64,000 nt of DNA from Thermoplasmatota archaeon (GTDB lineage: Archaea > Thermoplasmatota > Thermoplasmata > UBA10834): NCBI GenBank assembly GCA_040751795.1, contig JBFMHR010000003.1, forward strand, positions 289,597 through 353,596. Reading direction: 5' to 3'. Position 1 is the first letter of the stretch; the number at the start of each line of letters is the position of its first letter. The notes under the pieces are model-generated. The model was not told the origin of the DNA. It worked only from the letters and a program-made list of their open reading frames with translations, and made no database searches. The position numbers and the translations under genes are program-made. Below are positions 28,217 through 37,955 of the stretch, piece after piece.

Positions 28217-28505
28217 GAGCCGCGTCGGCGGGGAGCTGGATGGTCACTAGCCGGGTCAACGCTATAAAGAGCTGTCGGCATCTGGCTATCCCCGAAACCC
28301 TTCTAATTCCGTTCCACCTTTTGAAACTTGCACCACAATGGGTATAGGTGCCATCGTCCGCTCAGCGTTCGAAGCGCAGTTAGGGCGACAAGGGGACTCC
28401 GAGCCTCTAAGGCTCCAGATTCGTCGTCTCGCGGTTGCGCAGGAAGACCCGGTCGGTCGGCAGGGGTCGCATCCTCGCCGAGGGCCAGGGGAAGAGGTGA
28501 AGAAC

Positions 28506-29234
28506 ATGGAGAGGAAGTTCGAGAGTGAGCTGGCAGGGCAGATCGCCCGGCGCCACAGGAACCCGCTGAAGGGCAGGATGAATGTCCTGCTGGCGGCCTT
28601 GGTGTCGTGCGTGGTCATGGTCGCCGCGGCAGCCGCCGTCCTGTCGATGCAGGCGAGCGCGAGCCTGGGCGGGCCGACGGAATATGTGAGCGTGTTCTCC
28701 AACGAGGACTACCTCATCAACCTAGACGGCACCGTGGCATACAAGGAGTACGCCGACGGCGAGGTGGTCGATGACACGTTCCTCGTGAAGAGGAACTCCG
28801 AGCTCAAGTGGACCGAGTTCGACACGCCTGGCCTATCGACGGTCGACTACACGAAGGTCGTGTACTCGGTCAACGTGAAGCTGAGGGACATATCCTCGTT
28901 CGCCGACGGAGTCGGCGGGATGGTCGTGGCGGACCTGGCGGTCGCCGGGTTCGTGCAGTACAGCCCGTGGATATCCTCCACGAACGTCTGCGTCAACGGG
29001 GTCGAGGTCTCGGCATCGGCGGGCATAACGCTGGGCACGCTGCCGTACATGACGACCTCGTTCGACGCGGCGACGGGCACTCTGAGCGCCCAGGTCATCC
29101 TCCCGACGGACATCACGTACAACAACGACGACGTGGTCTCGATCTTCGTGATGTTCAAGACGGTCGAGGTAGACCTCGTTATCTCGGGCAGCGAGATCGG
29201 GTTCCCGGACTACCAGGTCACGACCGAGGGTTGA
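28506..29234 (+). CDS. Membrane-anchored or secreted hypothetical protein
   Basis: GAGGTGA RBS, N-terminal hydrophobic helix, beta-rich acidic body. Confidence 0.7.
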   Translation: MERKFESELAGQIARRHRNPLKGRMNVLLAALVSCVVMVAAAAAVLSMQASASLGGPTEYVSVFSNEDYLINLDGTVAYKEYADGEVVDDTFLVKRNSELKWTEFDTPGLSTVDYTKVVYSVNVKLRDISSFADGVGGMVVADLAVAGFVQYSPWISSTNVCVNGVEVSASAGITLGTLPYMTTSFDAATGTLSAQVILPTDITYNNDDVVSIFVMFKTVEVDLVISGSEIGFPDYQVTTEG

Positions 29235-29251
29235 GACATCCTCCTGAGTGC

Positions 29252-29302
29252 CGAGGCACTCAAAACCCCAACGGGCCCTGGAGACTGAGCGTCCCCAGGG
29301 CC
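29252..29302. terminator. Hairpins between convergent genes (likely termination region)
   Basis: GAGTGCC-GA-GGCACTC hairpin followed by AAAACCCC, then GGCCCTGG...CCAGGGCC; coordinates approximate. Confidence 0.4.
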
Positions 29303-29400
29303 GGCAGATTTTCCGAGTCCCACGATGAGCCGGGCTGCGATGCCAGTGGGATTAAAAGTGGGAAGGAGGCCACGGGGCCTCCGTTTGATCGGGTTTGCGC

Positions 29401-30876
29401 CTACTTCTTGTTGTAGTACTTCGACCAGTCGCCCGGCTGCGAGCCCTTGCTCCTCTCGTAGGAGCCACGGTCGCCCCTCCCGGGCTTCTTCCCGGAGGAT
29501 GAGACGGCCGCGATCGCGACGACTATCAGCACTATCACGACCGCCCCGACCAGCAGCAGGAACACCGGCAGTTTGGTCGTCGTGTCGGCGTTGACGTCGA
29601 CGAGCGCCTCGGACGAGTAGACCGGGTCGTGTATGATGCTGTCCCCGCCGGGGAACACCATCGCGCCGAGCGCCACGAAGCCGGTGAAGACCTGCAGCTC
29701 GCCGGCGACCTTCGCCCACGCCATCACCCTGTGGCCGGCCATGATCTGCACCTTGACCAGCTCGGGCTCTCCGTCGACGGTGACGCTGTCGACCCACGTC
29801 AGCTGCCCTATGTCGGTGAGGTCTGTCCCGAAGGTCAGCCTGGTCTGCGTGAGCTGCCTCGGCCTGATGAGGTCGCCCGTGGTCTCGTTGACCTCGAGCT
29901 CACCCTCGACCGACGCGCAGTTCATCACGCCGACCTGGTTGGTGTAGGTCAGCATCTTCATCTCCATCCATGTCGCCATGAGCGGGGAGACGAAGTTGCC
30001 CACGAGGCTGTGGAACTCGATCAGGACGGCCGGGTTCGTGTTGTTGGGGTCGTAGTCCCAGCCCTGGATCTCCTGGTCCCACTTGACGTCGTACTTCATG
30101 ATCTTGCCCTCGGCCTGGAGGGGCTCGAGCCTCTCCGCGCTCATGAAGAGCATCTTCCCGAGCGGCCCGCTCGTGACCGTCACCCTCCATTGCGGGAGGG
30201 AGACGTTGTCGTACTGGGCGAGGTCCGCCGTCAGGTGGAAGGTCAGGGTCAGCTCGTTGAGCATGTCGTCGCCGGTGTCCGCCTCGGCGGACTCGTCGAC
30301 GAGCTCGTAGGGCAGGTCGGTCGCCGTCAGGCTGAAGTCCCAGGCCCGGCTCTCCTCCGTCCCGGTCTCGATGACCTCGGAGGCGTCCCACGAGGTGTTG
30401 AGGTCGACCTTCTTGTAGGCCGTCTCCTCGTACGCGTAGTCGAGGAACTTGCCGTCCTCGTAGGTCCTGGTGTAGTTCACGAGCCCGTCGTCGTCCGAGT
30501 CGTTGAACTCGAGCATCGAGTCGAGCTTCACTGCGTACATCGTGTACACCTTGACCGTCGCGTTCTCCTCGATCATCTCGCCGTCCATGTTGTACACCTG
30601 GGCGAGCCCGAGGTACCGCGCCTTGATGGTCACGAAGTACACGGCGTTCTCGTTGTCCTCTGTCCCCCAGACGATGCCGAACGCAGCGTCCGTGCCGAAC
30701 TTGACGAAGAAGTGGTCCCCGCCGCCGAGCACCTCGGTGGCGCCGTCCTCCGTCTCGATCTGGTCATCCAGGGCGACGACCTCTGCAGCCGCCTGTGCAG
30801 GCACTGCGAGCACGCCCATGACCATCATGAGCACCGCCGTCACCGCGAATGTCGCGATTGCCTTCATTCCTTTCAT
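29401..30876 (-). CDS. Acidic surface protein with signal peptide and C-terminal TM anchor (HDP-motif family)
   Basis: Signal peptide, DVKWDQ, IIHDPVYS, C-terminal TM and KYYNKK tail; distant paralog of 22813-24042. Confidence 0.8.
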   Translation of the reverse strand: MKGMKAIATFAVTAVLMMVMGVLAVPAQAAAEVVALDDQIETEDGATEVLGGGDHFFVKFGTDAAFGIVWGTEDNENAVYFVTIKARYLGLAQVYNMDGEMIEENATVKVYTMYAVKLDSMLEFNDSDDDGLVNYTRTYEDGKFLDYAYEETAYKKVDLNTSWDASEVIETGTEESRAWDFSLTATDLPYELVDESAEADTGDDMLNELTLTFHLTADLAQYDNVSLPQWRVTVTSGPLGKMLFMSAERLEPLQAEGKIMKYDVKWDQEIQGWDYDPNNTNPAVLIEFHSLVGNFVSPLMATWMEMKMLTYTNQVGVMNCASVEGELEVNETTGDLIRPRQLTQTRLTFGTDLTDIGQLTWVDSVTVDGEPELVKVQIMAGHRVMAWAKVAGELQVFTGFVALGAMVFPGGDSIIHDPVYSSEALVDVNADTTTKLPVFLLLVGAVVIVLIVVAIAAVSSSGKKPGRGDRGSYERSKGSQPGDWSKYYNKK

Positions 30877-31048
30877 CTCCTTACCGCCTCATTGCCGAGG
30901 CCTCTCTGGACATGACGAGGCCGTCCCGGGGTATATGAACCCTGAGCACGGTTTTGCAGCCGATTTGCACCCCCTTCGCACGTCCTCGGACCGCCCGCGA
31001 GACCCCTGCGAAAGGGGTATTAGGGAGCCATCCCGTTCGAGGTCCCGT

Positions 31049-33805
31049 ATGCCACGCCCAGCGGTGTCGCAGAACGAGCGCCTGCTCCTGCACCTGCTCG
31101 AGATGGACGCCCACAGGGACGAGCCGGAGGTGCCCATGGGCGCCAGCCAGGAGGGCATAGCGAACCGCCTGGGTACGCAGGTCCACAATGCCTCGCGCGC
31201 CCTCTCCGGGCTGGAGTCGGAGGGCCTGGTAATGGACCGGCTGGCCCACGTCCGGGGCGCCCCCAAGAGGCGCAGGGCCTACTTCCTGACCGACAAGGGC
31301 CACCGCGCTGCGGGGAAGGTCAGGGACGGCCTCCTCCGGTCGAAGGTGGTGTTCGAGGAGCGAGGGCGCGCCGAGGAGATGCCCCTGGGGGAGGCGCTGA
31401 AGCGCATCAAGGCGTCGGCCGGCTCCGTCGGGGGCTTCCTCGACCTCGTCGACATGGCGCGGGGCGCCGAGGTGCTCAGGTCGGAGGACGTCTCGCGCAG
31501 GCTCTCCCCGTCGGCGCGCCCAGAGAGGTTCGCGGAGGCGGCCTCCGGCAGGCCCAAGGTGTCCGCGTTCTTCGGCCGGGAGGCGGAGAAGAGGGCGGTC
31601 CTCGGCCACATAGCGGGCGACTCGTCGGTGATGCTGATCTGGGGCATACCCGGCATCGGCAAGACATCGCTCTCCTCCAGGGTCTTCGACGAGCTCTCCG
31701 GCCACCATCACCTCTTCTGGTACTCGTTCCATCCATGGGACACGGAGGAGCACTTCATGTCGGTCCTCTCGAGGTTCCTCGAGTCGGCCAACCGCACGTC
31801 GACGGCGGAGGCGGTCAGGCGCGGCGCCGCCTCGGGGGACCTGTTCGCCCCGGTCGCCAGCGACCTGGCGGCGCTCGACGCCGTCATCTTCCTCGACGAC
31901 GTCCAGAAGGCCTCGCAGAGGCTCGCGATGACCGTCGCGCTGCTGCTGGAGGCCGTGAGGTCTTCGGGCAGGTGCAAGGCGGTGCTCATGTCAAGGGAGC
32001 TCCCCCCGTTCTTCTCCAGGACGGGGGAGGGGAGCCTCACCCTGGAGCTCTCCGGGCTCGACCATGCGTCCGCGAAGAAGTTCGCGGAGAGCGCCAGGGC
32101 GAAGGACCCAGTCCTCGCCGCCGACGCGAGCCGCGGCCACCCGCTCCTGCTGAGCCTCATGTCGCGGAGCGGCGTCGGCGAGTCCCGCGGGGACGTCCTG
32201 TCCTTCATGGACCGCGAGGTCAGCAGGTCTCTCCCCCCTGAGGAGCGGGGGATGCTGGAGCTCCTCTCCATCTTCAGGCACCCGGTCCCCCCTGAGGCGA
32301 TACTCGGCTCCGGCGACTCCGCCTTGGTGGGCCTGAGGGAGAAGGCCCTGGTGGTCGAGGAGGAGGGGGGCGTCTGGACGCACGACATCCTGAGGGAGTT
32401 CTTCGCCTCGCGGCTGAGCCCCGAGTCGAGGGCCGCCCTGCACGGGAGGGCCGCGAGGTACTGCGAGGGCAGGGAGGGCTCGGACTGGTCGCTGGAGAGC
32501 CTGTACCACTACGTCCAGGCCGGCGACTTCGCCGCTGCCAGGCGCGTGTCCGTCAGGGACTTCGAGGGGATGTCCGAGGAGTTCCCGCAGGAGACGCTCG
32601 ATTGCCTGCAGCAGGTCCACGCGCACTCCGACCCCGGCCCAGAGACGGCGGACCTGCTCTTCCGCATGGCCGGCCTGAGCGAGTCCCTCGGAGACGACGC
32701 CTCCGCGACCAAGCACTACGGGTCGTGCCTGGCACTCCTCCCCGCCGAGGGCAGCTCCGAGAAGAGGGCCCTGGTGCTCGAGTCCCTCGGGAAGCTGAAG
32801 ACCCGGGCGGAGGAGTGGGCGGAGTCCTTCGCAGCCCACGAGAAGGCGCTGAGGATCTACCAGGAGTCGGGCGACGCCGAGGGCCAGGTCAGGGAGTGGC
32901 TGAACATCGGCGGGGCCCACAGGAAGCACGGCGACCACGCGAAGGCGAGGGACGCCTACTCGGAGGCGCTCTCCATAGCCACGAAGAGGGAGGACAGGGC
33001 GGCCCAGGCCGCGTGCGTGAACAACGTCGCGTTGCTGGACTGGGACGAGGGGATGCTGAAGGACGCAGAGGCCCGGCTCAAGGAGTCGGTGAGGCTCGCG
33101 CACGCGGTGCGCGACCATAGGGGCGAGGCCGTGGGGCTGGAGAACCTGGCGGAGCTCCTCAGGACCCAGGCGCGCCTGTCCGAGATGACCGCGCTGATGC
33201 GTGAGTCGTCCGAGGCCTTCCGACGGGCGGGGGAGATCGAGGAGTACAAGAGGCTCCAGGCTGCCTGCGCGGAGTCCATGGACCTGCAGGGGAAGGGCGA
33301 CGAGGCGATCGCCCTCTGCAGGGACGCCCTCTCGGACCCGGAGCTGAGGAGGCGCGTCGGCCTCCTGAGGAGGCCGTCGCGGTACGACCGCGGCGACGTC
33401 GCCCTCTCCATGACGCTCATCGGCCTGCTCAGGTCCTCCGGGGACCTGAAGGGTGCGGAGGCCGAGATAGGCCGGCTCGTCCAGATGGCCGAGTCATCGG
33501 ACGACCATGAGCTCCGTGCCAAGGCCAGGGTCGAGCTCTCCCTCGTGAGGGAGGGCTCCGGCGACCTCGACGGCGCCTCCCGCGAGCTCGCCGCCGCGGA
33601 GTCCATCCTCAGGTCCCTGGGCGACAGGCGCGGCCTCGTCGCTGTGCACATCCTGCTGGGCAACATCGCCGAGAAGAGGGGGGACTACGACGCCGCCCGC
33701 GCACAGTACTCGGAGGCGGTCAGGCAGGCCGAGTCGCTCGGCGACGGGGCGGCGCTGGCGTCCGCGGCGGGGAACCTGGAGTCCCTGGACGCGCCTGCCA
33801 GGTGA
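31049..33805 (+). CDS. wHTH-STAND (NB-ARC-like) NTPase-TPR protein
   Basis: N-terminal wHTH, FFGREAE, GIPGIGKT (Walker A), IFLDDVQ (Walker B), RGHPLLL (GxP), HDILR, multiple TPRs; start trimmed to MPRPAV. Confidence 0.85.
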   Translation: MPRPAVSQNERLLLHLLEMDAHRDEPEVPMGASQEGIANRLGTQVHNASRALSGLESEGLVMDRLAHVRGAPKRRRAYFLTDKGHRAAGKVRDGLLRSKVVFEERGRAEEMPLGEALKRIKASAGSVGGFLDLVDMARGAEVLRSEDVSRRLSPSARPERFAEAASGRPKVSAFFGREAEKRAVLGHIAGDSSVMLIWGIPGIGKTSLSSRVFDELSGHHHLFWYSFHPWDTEEHFMSVLSRFLESANRTSTAEAVRRGAASGDLFAPVASDLAALDAVIFLDDVQKASQRLAMTVALLLEAVRSSGRCKAVLMSRELPPFFSRTGEGSLTLELSGLDHASAKKFAESARAKDPVLAADASRGHPLLLSLMSRSGVGESRGDVLSFMDREVSRSLPPEERGMLELLSIFRHPVPPEAILGSGDSALVGLREKALVVEEEGGVWTHDILREFFASRLSPESRAALHGRAARYCEGREGSDWSLESLYHYVQAGDFAAARRVSVRDFEGMSEEFPQETLDCLQQVHAHSDPGPETADLLFRMAGLSESLGDDASATKHYGSCLALLPAEGSSEKRALVLESLGKLKTRAEEWAESFAAHEKALRIYQESGDAEGQVREWLNIGGAHRKHGDHAKARDAYSEALSIATKREDRAAQAACVNNVALLDWDEGMLKDAEARLKESVRLAHAVRDHRGEAVGLENLAELLRTQARLSEMTALMRESSEAFRRAGEIEEYKRLQAACAESMDLQGKGDEAIALCRDALSDPELRRRVGLLRRPSRYDRGDVALSMTLIGLLRSSGDLKGAEAEIGRLVQMAESSDDHELRAKARVELSLVREGSGDLDGASRELAAAESILRSLGDRRGLVAVHILLGNIAEKRGDYDAARAQYSEAVRQAESLGDGAALASAAGNLESLDAPAR

Positions 33806-33822
33806 CCCCGGGCCGTCCCGCC

Positions 33823-34734
33823 TCACCCGGTCCTCTGCAGGAACTCGGCGATGCCGAAACCTATCTTGCCGGCGATCGTGTACCTCGCCAGCGCCTCGTT
33901 CATCGTCGCGAGCGCCTTCCCCTCGGGGGACACGTGGTGCAGGTCCACCTTCCTGACCACGGACCCGAAGACCCTGTGGCTCCCGCCCTCGGAGTCGCGG
34001 AGGGTCATGTCGAACGACTTGATGTTCCTGCCGGAGTCCGCGTTGACGTTCAGGTCTGCGCCCGTCACCGGGACGTTCCTCCCGTCCGCGAAGACGAAAC
34101 CGGCGTGGACGGTCCCTTCCTCGGTGACGAGCTTGGTCAGGTTGAACGCGTGCGACTCGGAGAACTGGCAGGTCAGCCATGTCCACCCCTTGGGCGCCCC
34201 CCAGTCCCTGGCGCCCCACGAGTGGTCCCTCTCCCCGAGGGCGCTGACCTCGAAGTCGTCGAGGCCGGTCGAGAGCCTCCCGGTGAGCCTTCCCACCTGC
34301 TCCATATGCTCCGAGGCGACCTCCCTGGACGCGCGCTCCCCGTGCGCGGACACGCACTCGCGGTAGTCGAAGACCTCGTTCAGCGCCTCGAACCGCAGGT
34401 CGAGCTCCACGTGGCTCTTCCTGGCCTTCCTCTCAGTGGTCCTCTCCATGCCGCCGCTGAACGACAGCCTCCAGCTCCTCTCCGGTTCGAGGAGCTCGAA
34501 CCTGAGCCCCTTCGCCTGTATTGTCGGGCCGTCGAAGGGGACGGAGTCCTTGAGCCCCACCACGGAGCCGTCGGGCATCATGAAGTAGCAGAACACCTCC
34601 TTCAACCCGAGGTTGGGCTTGAGCCCGACCCTCATGAACCCGCACAGGTCCTTCGCGCGGTCGTAGAAGTTGAAGTAGAAGCTCTCGCTCCAGTGCCGGT
34701 GCTCCCCGAACGGGTGTACCACGTCCGCGTGCAT
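33823..34734 (-). CDS. Beta-barrel protein, CrtC/tocopherol-cyclase/lipocalin-like superfamily
   Basis: WSESFYFNFYD, HMEQVG, GERDHSWG motifs; 3-bp gap to the upstream phosphotransferase gene. Confidence 0.6.
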   Translation of the reverse strand: MHADVVHPFGEHRHWSESFYFNFYDRAKDLCGFMRVGLKPNLGLKEVFCYFMMPDGSVVGLKDSVPFDGPTIQAKGLRFELLEPERSWRLSFSGGMERTTERKARKSHVELDLRFEALNEVFDYRECVSAHGERASREVASEHMEQVGRLTGRLSTGLDDFEVSALGERDHSWGARDWGAPKGWTWLTCQFSESHAFNLTKLVTEEGTVHAGFVFADGRNVPVTGADLNVNADSGRNIKSFDMTLRDSEGGSHRVFGSVVRKVDLHHVSPEGKALATMNEALARYTIAGKIGFGIAEFLQRTG

Positions 34735-34737
34735 GTC

Positions 34738-37362
34738 TCAGCCCTCCTGTATCAGTATCGTCCCCTCGTTCCCGTCCACCGTGACCCTCTGCCCGGTCCT
34801 CAGCATCCTAGTGGCCCCCATGACCGCCGTCACCGCGGGGATCCCGTACTCCCTCGACACCACTGCCCCGTGGGAGAGGATCCCGCCCGTCTCCGTCACC
34901 AGGCCCCCGAGCTTGGAGAACACGGCGGTCCAGCCAGGATCGGTGTTCGACGTCACGAGGATCTCCCCCTCGAGCAGCTCCGAGACCTGCTCGATGGAGC
35001 TGACCACCCTGACCGTCCCTGTCACCACCCCGGGGCTCGCGGACGTGCCCGTGATCCTCACCGCGCCCTCGCGGACCGCGACGGTGTCGTCGAACTCGTG
35101 GTCGCCGCGGAGGAACTTGGGGGGCAGCACGTCCTTGTAGGCCTCGAAGTCCCGCCTCCTCTGCGCCACGGGGGCGGCGACGGCCTCGGCGTCACCGCCG
35201 TGCGCGATCGCGAAGACCTCCTCCTTGCTGAGGAAGAACACGTCGGTGGGGTCCGGGAGGACGCCCCTCTCATGGAACCTGCGCCCGAACTCGAGGAAGA
35301 GGCGCCTCTGCCTCGCTATCTGGTGGTCCAGGTAGAAGCGCTGGTTCTCGCGGAACGTGAGGTAGGTCTGCGCGTAGCCCATGACGGTCTTCAGGGCCAG
35401 CCTCCTGGCGAATCCCCACCTCATCCTCGACACCCTGCCCAGGATGTCCTTCTCCGCGGCCGTCCTCTCCGCCCTCTTCCTCCGTTCCAGCTCCTCGAGG
35501 TCCAGGTTGCTGGAGCCGGCGAGCGACTTGACCACGTCGACGACGAGGGAGGGGTCGTCCCTCCACCTCGGGAAGAATATCTCCCTCGTGTGGGACCGGT
35601 GTCCGTACTCGTCGATGAATCTCCCGAGCTCGCGGGCGAAGCCGCCCATCTCCCCGTCGGTTGCGAGCCGCGCCAGGAACTCCCGCGACGACAGGGTCCC
35701 GAGGGCCCTGAGCACCCTCTCGTCCCCCCTCGCCGACCTGGCGAGAGCGGCGAGGGCGATGTTGGTCTTGATCGTCTTGTTGTCCTCCAGCCCGGAGATG
35801 AGCTTGGCGTAGAGCGCCCCCGACCTGTCGCCGAGCCAGTCCGCGAGCCACCTCTTCAGCATGAGGTTCGTCCCTATGCTGTGGGTGACCATCCCGTACC
35901 TGATCAGCCTGTAGTGCTTCAGGTAGGCCCTCTCCATGGCCCTGAACTCGTCGACCAGCTGCCCGTCCGAGAGCCCGCCGAGGTCGAGGGAGTCGAACCT
36001 CCCCATCTGGCGGAGGAATCCGGCGGCCCACTCCCGGTACGCCCTGTCGGTCCTGGGTATCATCCCGTCGGGGTCCAGGAGGGCGACCCTGACCTCCGCC
36101 CAAAGCCTCCTCACCGCCCTGGTCCTCGCGCCGGCTATCCTGGCCTGGTCCGCCTCGGGGAAGTAGTTGAGGAGCTCCTTGGTGCGCGAGAAGCGCGGGT
36201 TGTAGGTGAAGACCTCCTCGAGGACGGCCGAGCTGAAGTAGACGTGCCCCTTGTGCACCCTGATCAGGTCGCCCTCGGTCAGGTCCCTGTAGCCCATGAC
36301 CCTCGCGCCCTCGTGGTTGACGATGTCGGTCAGGTACGAGCCGAGGAGGGAGAAGAACAGCGGGGACGTGACGTCGGCCCAGTACTCGTCTCCGTACGCC
36401 CTGGTCCAGAGCGCGCCCTCCCCACTTCGGGAGGCAGTCACGGGCCTGGACTGGAGGACGAACACCCTGTCGCCCTCGATGGCCCACTCGATGTCCTGGG
36501 GCCCGCCGAAGTGCCCCTCGATCCTGGTGCCGATGTCCACCAGCAGCCTCAGCTCCGCGTCCGAGACGGAAGGGACAGTGCGGTCCTCCTCGCGGACCTC
36601 CGAGACGGCGCTCCCGCCGGGGCTGAGGAGGACCTGCTTCGCCTTGTCGTTGATGGCCCTGCTGACCACCTCCCCGGACCGCCTGTCGCACTCGAACCTG
36701 TCCGGGGTGACGAGCCCGGAGGCGATCGCCTCGCCCAGGCCCCAGCTGGCCTCGATGAGCATCCTGTCGCTCCGGCCCCTCACCGGGTCGACGGTGAAGA
36801 GTATCCCGGAGGACCTCGCGTCGACCATCCGCTGCACCACGACGGCGATCCCGTGCCGGAGGTGGTCCACGCGCGAGTCGTCCCTGTACGCGATGGCCCT
36901 CTCGTTCCAGTACGACGCCCAGCAGCGCTTGACCATGTGCGGGACGTCCGCCGTGGGCACGTTCAGGTAGGAGTCGAGCTGCCCCGCGAAGGAGGCGTCC
37001 TCGAGGTCCTCGGAGACCGCCGACGACCTCACCGCCCATAGCGCGTCCGGGCCCGCGCGCGAGAGCTCCCCGAGGATGGCCCCGGAGAGCCCTTCGTCGG
37101 CTCCCGCGGAGGCGATCATCCCCTTGACCCTCCGGGACAGCTCCGACGGCCGCCCGGTCCCGGCGCCCCCGAGCAGCTCCGCGACGGCGTCGCGCAGGCC
37201 CGTGGACCGCATGAACGCGTCGTACTCCCCGACAGGTATCACTATGCCGTCGGGGACTGGGAAGCCCGCGGACACGAGCCTGTGGAGGTTCGCGGCCTTC
37301 CCGCCGACGGTCAGAGTGTCGACCCCCCCGAGCTCGGAGAGGCGCATGCACCGGTCGGTCAT
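34738..37362 (-). CDS. PEP-utilising-family dikinase with RPH/PigC domain order
   Basis: GGKAANL, AVRSSA.ED..ASFAG, LQSRPVT (ATP-grasp); central helical domain; C-terminal GGILSHGAVVSREYGIPAV phospho-His domain. Confidence 0.85.
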   Translation of the reverse strand: MTDRCMRLSELGGVDTLTVGGKAANLHRLVSAGFPVPDGIVIPVGEYDAFMRSTGLRDAVAELLGGAGTGRPSELSRRVKGMIASAGADEGLSGAILGELSRAGPDALWAVRSSAVSEDLEDASFAGQLDSYLNVPTADVPHMVKRCWASYWNERAIAYRDDSRVDHLRHGIAVVVQRMVDARSSGILFTVDPVRGRSDRMLIEASWGLGEAIASGLVTPDRFECDRRSGEVVSRAINDKAKQVLLSPGGSAVSEVREEDRTVPSVSDAELRLLVDIGTRIEGHFGGPQDIEWAIEGDRVFVLQSRPVTASRSGEGALWTRAYGDEYWADVTSPLFFSLLGSYLTDIVNHEGARVMGYRDLTEGDLIRVHKGHVYFSSAVLEEVFTYNPRFSRTKELLNYFPEADQARIAGARTRAVRRLWAEVRVALLDPDGMIPRTDRAYREWAAGFLRQMGRFDSLDLGGLSDGQLVDEFRAMERAYLKHYRLIRYGMVTHSIGTNLMLKRWLADWLGDRSGALYAKLISGLEDNKTIKTNIALAALARSARGDERVLRALGTLSSREFLARLATDGEMGGFARELGRFIDEYGHRSHTREIFFPRWRDDPSLVVDVVKSLAGSSNLDLEELERRKRAERTAAEKDILGRVSRMRWGFARRLALKTVMGYAQTYLTFRENQRFYLDHQIARQRRLFLEFGRRFHERGVLPDPTDVFFLSKEEVFAIAHGGDAEAVAAPVAQRRRDFEAYKDVLPPKFLRGDHEFDDTVAVREGAVRITGTSASPGVVTGTVRVVSSIEQVSELLEGEILVTSNTDPGWTAVFSKLGGLVTETGGILSHGAVVSREYGIPAVTAVMGATRMLRTGQRVTVDGNEGTILIQEG

Positions 37363-37468
37363 GGTATCGGCGTCGGCCGGCGCCAGTCCGCGACAACGTG
37401 GCCCCGGCCAGGCCAGTGCCGTGAACCGGTTGCGGGGTGATAAACTGTTCCATCCGACGCGGGCCGGC

Positions 37469-37939
37469 CTACCTCCACCGGCGCACGCTGAGGCGGAGTA
37501 TGTCCGTCCCCCTAAGCTCGGCGACCAGCCTGTTGTCGCCGTCGACCACGGGCAGGTCGTTCAGGTGGTGGTCTACCATCAGCTGCGTGGCGTGCACCAG
37601 GAGCTCGTCGCGGGCGACCCTGATCGGCTTAGCCATCACCTGGTTCACCCTCTCGTCGGCTATCTCCGCGAGCATCCTCAGGAACGAGGTCATCCCGGCG
37701 GGCCTCACGCCGAGCATGTACCCGGCGTGCCTGAGGAGGACCTCCTGCGTGACCGTCCCGGCGAGGCGGCCCTCCCCGTCCACCACGTACACCTTGTGGC
37801 TCGCGCTCTCCTCTATCATCGCCTCCACCGCCTCGCGGAGCGTCGCGTCCGTGCGCACGGTGACGGGCCCCGAGACCGCCTCGGCCCTCTCGAGGACCTC
37901 CGACACCCTGATCTCGCCGACAGGCTTGTCCTCCACCAT
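37469..37939 (-). CDS. CBS domain protein
   Basis: Two CBS repeats (VYVVDGEGRLAG, LPVVDGDNRL). Confidence 0.85.
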   Translation of the reverse strand: MVEDKPVGEIRVSEVLERAEAVSGPVTVRTDATLREAVEAMIEESASHKVYVVDGEGRLAGTVTQEVLLRHAGYMLGVRPAGMTSFLRMLAEIADERVNQVMAKPIRVARDELLVHATQLMVDHHLNDLPVVDGDNRLVAELRGTDILRLSVRRWR

Positions 37940-37955
37940 CAGACCCCCTCCGGGC

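Noticed and set aside
30503-31048. N-terminal extension of the 1100-aa ORF
   Set aside because: Antisense to the surface protein gene and runs through the divergent promoter; start placed at 31049.
33802-37041. 1079-aa plus-strand ORF and many other long antisense or alternate-frame ORFs (e.g. 2-733, 1503-3164, 42694-44613, 44692-46866, 54382-56850, 57727-59904)
   Set aside because: Shadow ORFs caused by high GC3; each overlaps a motif-supported gene on another strand or frame.
34738-37362. Calling the gene PEP synthase or a rifampin-resistance gene
   Set aside because: It lacks the PEP-binding barrel, and the substrate cannot be read from sequence.
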